This document shows, piece after piece, positions 29,530 to 32,000 of a DNA stretch of 32,000 nucleotides. The notes below the pieces were generated by a model, which saw nothing but the letters and a program-made list of their open reading frames with translations, had not been told where the DNA came from and ran no database searches. Position 1 is the stretch's first letter. Every line of letters begins with the position of its first letter. The stretch covers positions 4,980,001 to 5,012,000 of the forward strand of contig NZ_LN831039.1 of the NCBI RefSeq assembly GCF_001457595.1, read 5' to 3'. The position numbers and the translations under genes are program-made. This DNA comes from Mycolicibacterium smegmatis. Lineage in GTDB: Bacteria; Actinomycetota; Actinomycetes; Mycobacteriales; Mycobacteriaceae.

Positions 29530-30834
29530 GTGACGGTCGCGCTGCTCACCGACAAATACGAGCTGACCATGCTTGCCGCCGCGCTGCGTGACGGCACCGC
29601 GCACCGCAGGACCACCTTCGAGGTGTTCGCCCGCCGCCTGCCCGAGGGCCGCCGCTACGGCGTCGTGGCCGGGACCGCGCGGTTCCTCGAAGCCCTGACG
29701 CAGTACCGGTTCGACCCGGCCGACCTGGGCCTGCTGCGCGGCTTTCTCGACGCCGACACGCTCGACTACCTGGCGGGCTACCGGTTCGGCGGCGACATCG
29801 ACGGCTACCCCGAGGGCGAGCTGTACTTCCCGGGCTCCCCGATCCTGTCGGTGCACGGCACGTTCGCCGAGTGCGTGCTGCTGGAGACGCTGGTGCTGTC
29901 AATCTTCAACCACGACACCGCGATCGCATCGGCGGCCGCACGCATGGCCAGCGCCGCGCAGGGCCGCCCGCTGATCGAGATGGGCTCGCGCCGCACCCAC
30001 GAGCACGCCGCCGTCGCCGCGGCCCGCGCGGCGTATCTGGCGGGCTTCGCCGGATCGTCGAACCTTGAGGCCCAGCGCCGCTACGGCGTGCCCGCGCTGG
30101 GCACCGCCGCGCACGCCTACACGTTGCTGCACACCACCGCCTCGGGCCCCGACGAGCAGGCCGCGTTCCGCGGCCAGGTCGCCGCGCTCGGCACCGACAC
30201 CACGCTGCTGGTCGACACCTACGACATCACCGCAGGCGTCGCCAACGCGATCGCCGCGGCAGGCCCGAAGCTCGGCGCGGTGCGGATCGACTCGGGCGAT
30301 CTGGGGGTGCTGGCACGGCAGGTGCGTGCCCAGCTGGACGATCTGGGTGCCACCGAGACGAAGATCGTGGTGTCCGGTGACCTCGACGAGTACGCGATCG
30401 CGGCGCTGCGCGCCGAACCCGTCGACAGCTACGGCGTGGGCACGTCTGTGGTCACCGGTTCCGGCGCCCCGACCGCGAGCATGGTCTACAAGCTGGTCGA
30501 GGTCGACGGCATGCCGGTGGCCAAACGCAGCAGCAGCAAGGAATCCCACGGCGGCCGCAAGGAGGCGCTGCGGGTCGCGAAGGCCTCCGGCACCATCGTC
30601 GAAGAGGTGGTGTACCCGTACGGCAAACCGCCGCAGATCGAATCCCCGCTCACCGCAAGGAAGCTCACCGTGCCGCTGGTGGCGGGCGGCAAACCCGTCG
30701 AGGGGTACTCCGACGACCTGTCCGCTGCGCGCGAGCGCGTCCGCGCCGGGCTGCACAGCCTGCCGTGGGACGGCCTCAAGCTGTCCCGCGGCGAACCGGC
30801 GATCCCGACGCGGATGACCGCGGACGAGCGTTAG
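29530..30834 (+). CDS. pncB: Nicotinate phosphoribosyltransferase
   Basis: MTVALLTDKYELTMLAAALRDGTAHRRTTFEVFARRLPEGRRYGVVAGTARFLEAL...IDSGDLGVLARQVRAQLDDLGATETKIVVSGDLDEYAI...GVGTSVVTGSG. Confidence 0.97.
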   Translation: MTVALLTDKYELTMLAAALRDGTAHRRTTFEVFARRLPEGRRYGVVAGTARFLEALTQYRFDPADLGLLRGFLDADTLDYLAGYRFGGDIDGYPEGELYFPGSPILSVHGTFAECVLLETLVLSIFNHDTAIASAAARMASAAQGRPLIEMGSRRTHEHAAVAAARAAYLAGFAGSSNLEAQRRYGVPALGTAAHAYTLLHTTASGPDEQAAFRGQVAALGTDTTLLVDTYDITAGVANAIAAAGPKLGAVRIDSGDLGVLARQVRAQLDDLGATETKIVVSGDLDEYAIAALRAEPVDSYGVGTSVVTGSGAPTASMVYKLVEVDGMPVAKRSSSKESHGGRKEALRVAKASGTIVEEVVYPYGKPPQIESPLTARKLTVPLVAGGKPVEGYSDDLSAARERVRAGLHSLPWDGLKLSRGEPAIPTRMTADER

Positions 30835-30837
30835 GAG

Positions 30838-32000
30838 TTGGCCACGTCCGCCCCCGCTCACATCAATCTGGTCACCAAGCTGCTCAACGTCGCCGTCGAA
30901 GGCCTGGGCGGCGCCACCCGCCCGGGCCAGGTCCGCATGGCCCAGGCCGTCGCCGACGCGTTCGAGACCGGCGAGCACCTGGCCGTGCAGGCAGGCACCG
31001 GCACGGGCAAGTCGCTGGCCTACCTCGTGCCGTCGATCGCCCGGGCGATGGAGACCGAGCAGACCGTCGTGGTGTCGACGGCGACCATCGCGCTGCAACG
31101 CCAGCTCGTCGACCGCGACCTGCCGCGGCTGGCGGACTCGCTGACCGACGTGCTGCCCCGCCGCCCGCGTTTCGCGCTGCTCAAGGGACGCGGAAATTAC
31201 CTGTGCCTCAACAAGATTCACAACGGCGCGGCGGCCGAACCGGACGACCGGCCACAGGACGAACTGTTCAACCCCGTCGCGATGACGGCGCTGGGCCGTG
31301 ACGTCCAGCGGCTCATCGAATGGTCGTCGGACACCGAGACCGGTGACCGCGACGAGCTCACGCCCGGTGTGCCCGACCGGTCGTGGAGCCAGGTCAGCGT
31401 GTCGGCCCGCGAATGCATCGGGGTGTCGCGGTGCCCGTTCGGCACCGACTGCTTCGCCGAGCGCGCCCGCGACAAGGCGGGCAACGCCGACATCGTGGTG
31501 ACCAACCACGCGCTGCTGGCGATCGACGCGCTGTCGGACTATTCCGTGCTGCCCGAGTACGAGCTGCTGGTGGTCGACGAGGCGCACGAGCTGGCCGACC
31601 GGGTGACCGGTGTGGCGACCGGCGAGCTGTCCCCCACGTCGATGGGTGTGGCCCACCGGCGCGCGGCCCGGCTGGTCGACGCCGAACTCGCCGAACGTCT
31701 CGAGGCGTCGATCGCGACCCTGTCGTCGATGGTCTACGACGTCCCGGCGGGCCGCCTCGATGTGCTCGACGAGGAACTCGCGACGTATCTGACCGCCGTG
31801 CGCGACTCCGCCAACACCGTGCGCATGGCCATCGACACCACGCCGAGCGACCCGCAGGCCGCCGCGGCGCGCACCGAGGCCGTGACCGCGCTCAACGAGG
31901 TCGCCGACACCGCCACCCGGATCCTCACGTCGTTCGTGCCGCCCATCCCCGACCGTGTCGACGTGGTGTGGCTCGAGCACGACGAAGGGCCGCCACGCGC
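30838..32000 (+). CDS. dinG: DinG/XPD-type ATP-dependent DNA helicase, N-terminal part (truncated by window edge)
   Basis: TTG start after GTTAGGAG (inferred); AHINLVTKLLNVAVEGLGGATRPGQVRMAQAVADAFETGEHLAVQAGTGTGKSLAYLVPSIARAM...C...ARECIGVSRCPFGTDCFAERARDKAGNADIVVTNHALLAIDAL...LLVVDEAHEL. It has Walker A, DEAH and four Fe-S cysteines. Confidence 0.93.
   Translation, partial: MATSAPAHINLVTKLLNVAVEGLGGATRPGQVRMAQAVADAFETGEHLAVQAGTGTGKSLAYLVPSIARAMETEQTVVVSTATIALQRQLVDRDLPRLADSLTDVLPRRPRFALLKGRGNYLCLNKIHNGAAAEPDDRPQDELFNPVAMTALGRDVQRLIEWSSDTETGDRDELTPGVPDRSWSQVSVSARECIGVSRCPFGTDCFAERARDKAGNADIVVTNHALLAIDALSDYSVLPEYELLVVDEAHELADRVTGVATGELSPTSMGVAHRRAARLVDAELAERLEASIATLSSMVYDVPAGRLDVLDEELATYLTAVRDSANTVRMAIDTTPSDPQAAAARTEAVTALNEVADTATRILTSFVPPIPDRVDVVWLEHDEGPPR

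Noticed and set aside
29899-31980. 693 aa minus-strand ORF
   Set aside because: Antisense to pncB and the DinG-like helicase. It has an Arg/Gly/His-rich shadow composition.

Overview
This window is high-GC mycobacterial-type chromosome, and its gene content and order look like Mycolicibacterium smegmatis or a close relative (inferred from gene order; no search was run). It has three zones. (A) About 1-10.5 kb is a catabolic neighbourhood: a partial acyl-CoA dehydrogenase, two AMP-forming acyl-CoA ligases, a stand-alone 2Fe-2S ferredoxin, a family III CoA-transferase, an LLM-class (F420/FMN-type) oxidoreductase, a split B12-dependent acyl-CoA mutase (about 530 aa catalytic subunit plus a 132 aa cobalamin-binding subunit), an SDR, a small orphan protein and an MHS/MFS transporter. 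A repeated motif AGAATGC(C/T)A occurs at both divergent promoter regions of this cluster. This is the best candidate for an undescribed pathway. (B) About 10.5-21.2 kb contains an APH-like phosphotransferase plus cytochrome P450 pair, a LacI regulator overlapping an MFS transporter gene, ahpC-ahpD, a lipoprotein zinc metallopeptidase, a Pro-rich DUF4333-like protein, an orphan FAAL-type FadD and tRNA-Leu(UAG). The P450 and MFS/LacI operons share a near-identical start-proximal promoter element. (C) About 21.3-32 kb is a conserved housekeeping block: rdgB, rph, an Rv1339-like metallo-beta-lactamase-fold protein, murI, rhomboid, cysM-cysO-mec, a P1/DmpA-like peptidase, a DUF2017 protein, clpS, pncB and a partial DinG-type helicase. 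I saw no CRISPR array, no transposase and no defence or phage genes.
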